A stretch of DNA of 64,000 bases. It comes from Lingula anatina (taxonomy: Eukaryota > Animalia > Brachiopoda). The notes under the pieces were generated by a model. It worked only from the letters and a program-made list of their open reading frames with translations, searched no databases and was not told where the DNA came from. Position numbers and translations under genes: made by a program. Positions 63,952 to 64,000 of the stretch are shown piece by piece. How positions within the stretch are numbered: position 1 is the stretch's first letter; every line of letters begins with the position of its first letter. The DNA is taken from the NCBI GenBank assembly GCA_051362555.1, contig CM120642.1, forward strand, positions 3,596,001 to 3,660,000. Direction: 5' to 3'.

Positions 63952-64000
63952 AGCGGCAAATAGATGCTGCCTAGCGTTTTATAGGTTACAAAAAAAAAAA

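Overview
AT-rich, intron-containing animal genomic DNA, probably a marine invertebrate (mollusc or other lophotrochozoan; the taxon is an inference from repeat style and gene content). I assembled seven spliced genes by hand, all with GT-AG boundaries and consistent phases: UNC50 (-), an SCP/calexcitin-like EF-hand protein with an apparent mitochondrial presequence (-), a CTHRC1-like secreted protein (+), MFSD6-like (-), TRAF2-like (-), a secreted and probably GPI-anchored BBE-like FAD oxidase (-), and the 5' part of an MGST1-like gene (+). The MGST1-like gene has two paralogous ATG-bearing first coding exons upstream of one second exon. Mobile DNA includes a decayed PAT/DIRS-type tyrosine-recombinase retrotransposon with near-identical split direct repeats nested inside an L1/Tx1-like LINE, several MITEs, and Helentron/pearl-like elements with internal tandem repeats. 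No tRNA, rRNA or CRISPR array was seen. All calls come from manual reading, without database searches.
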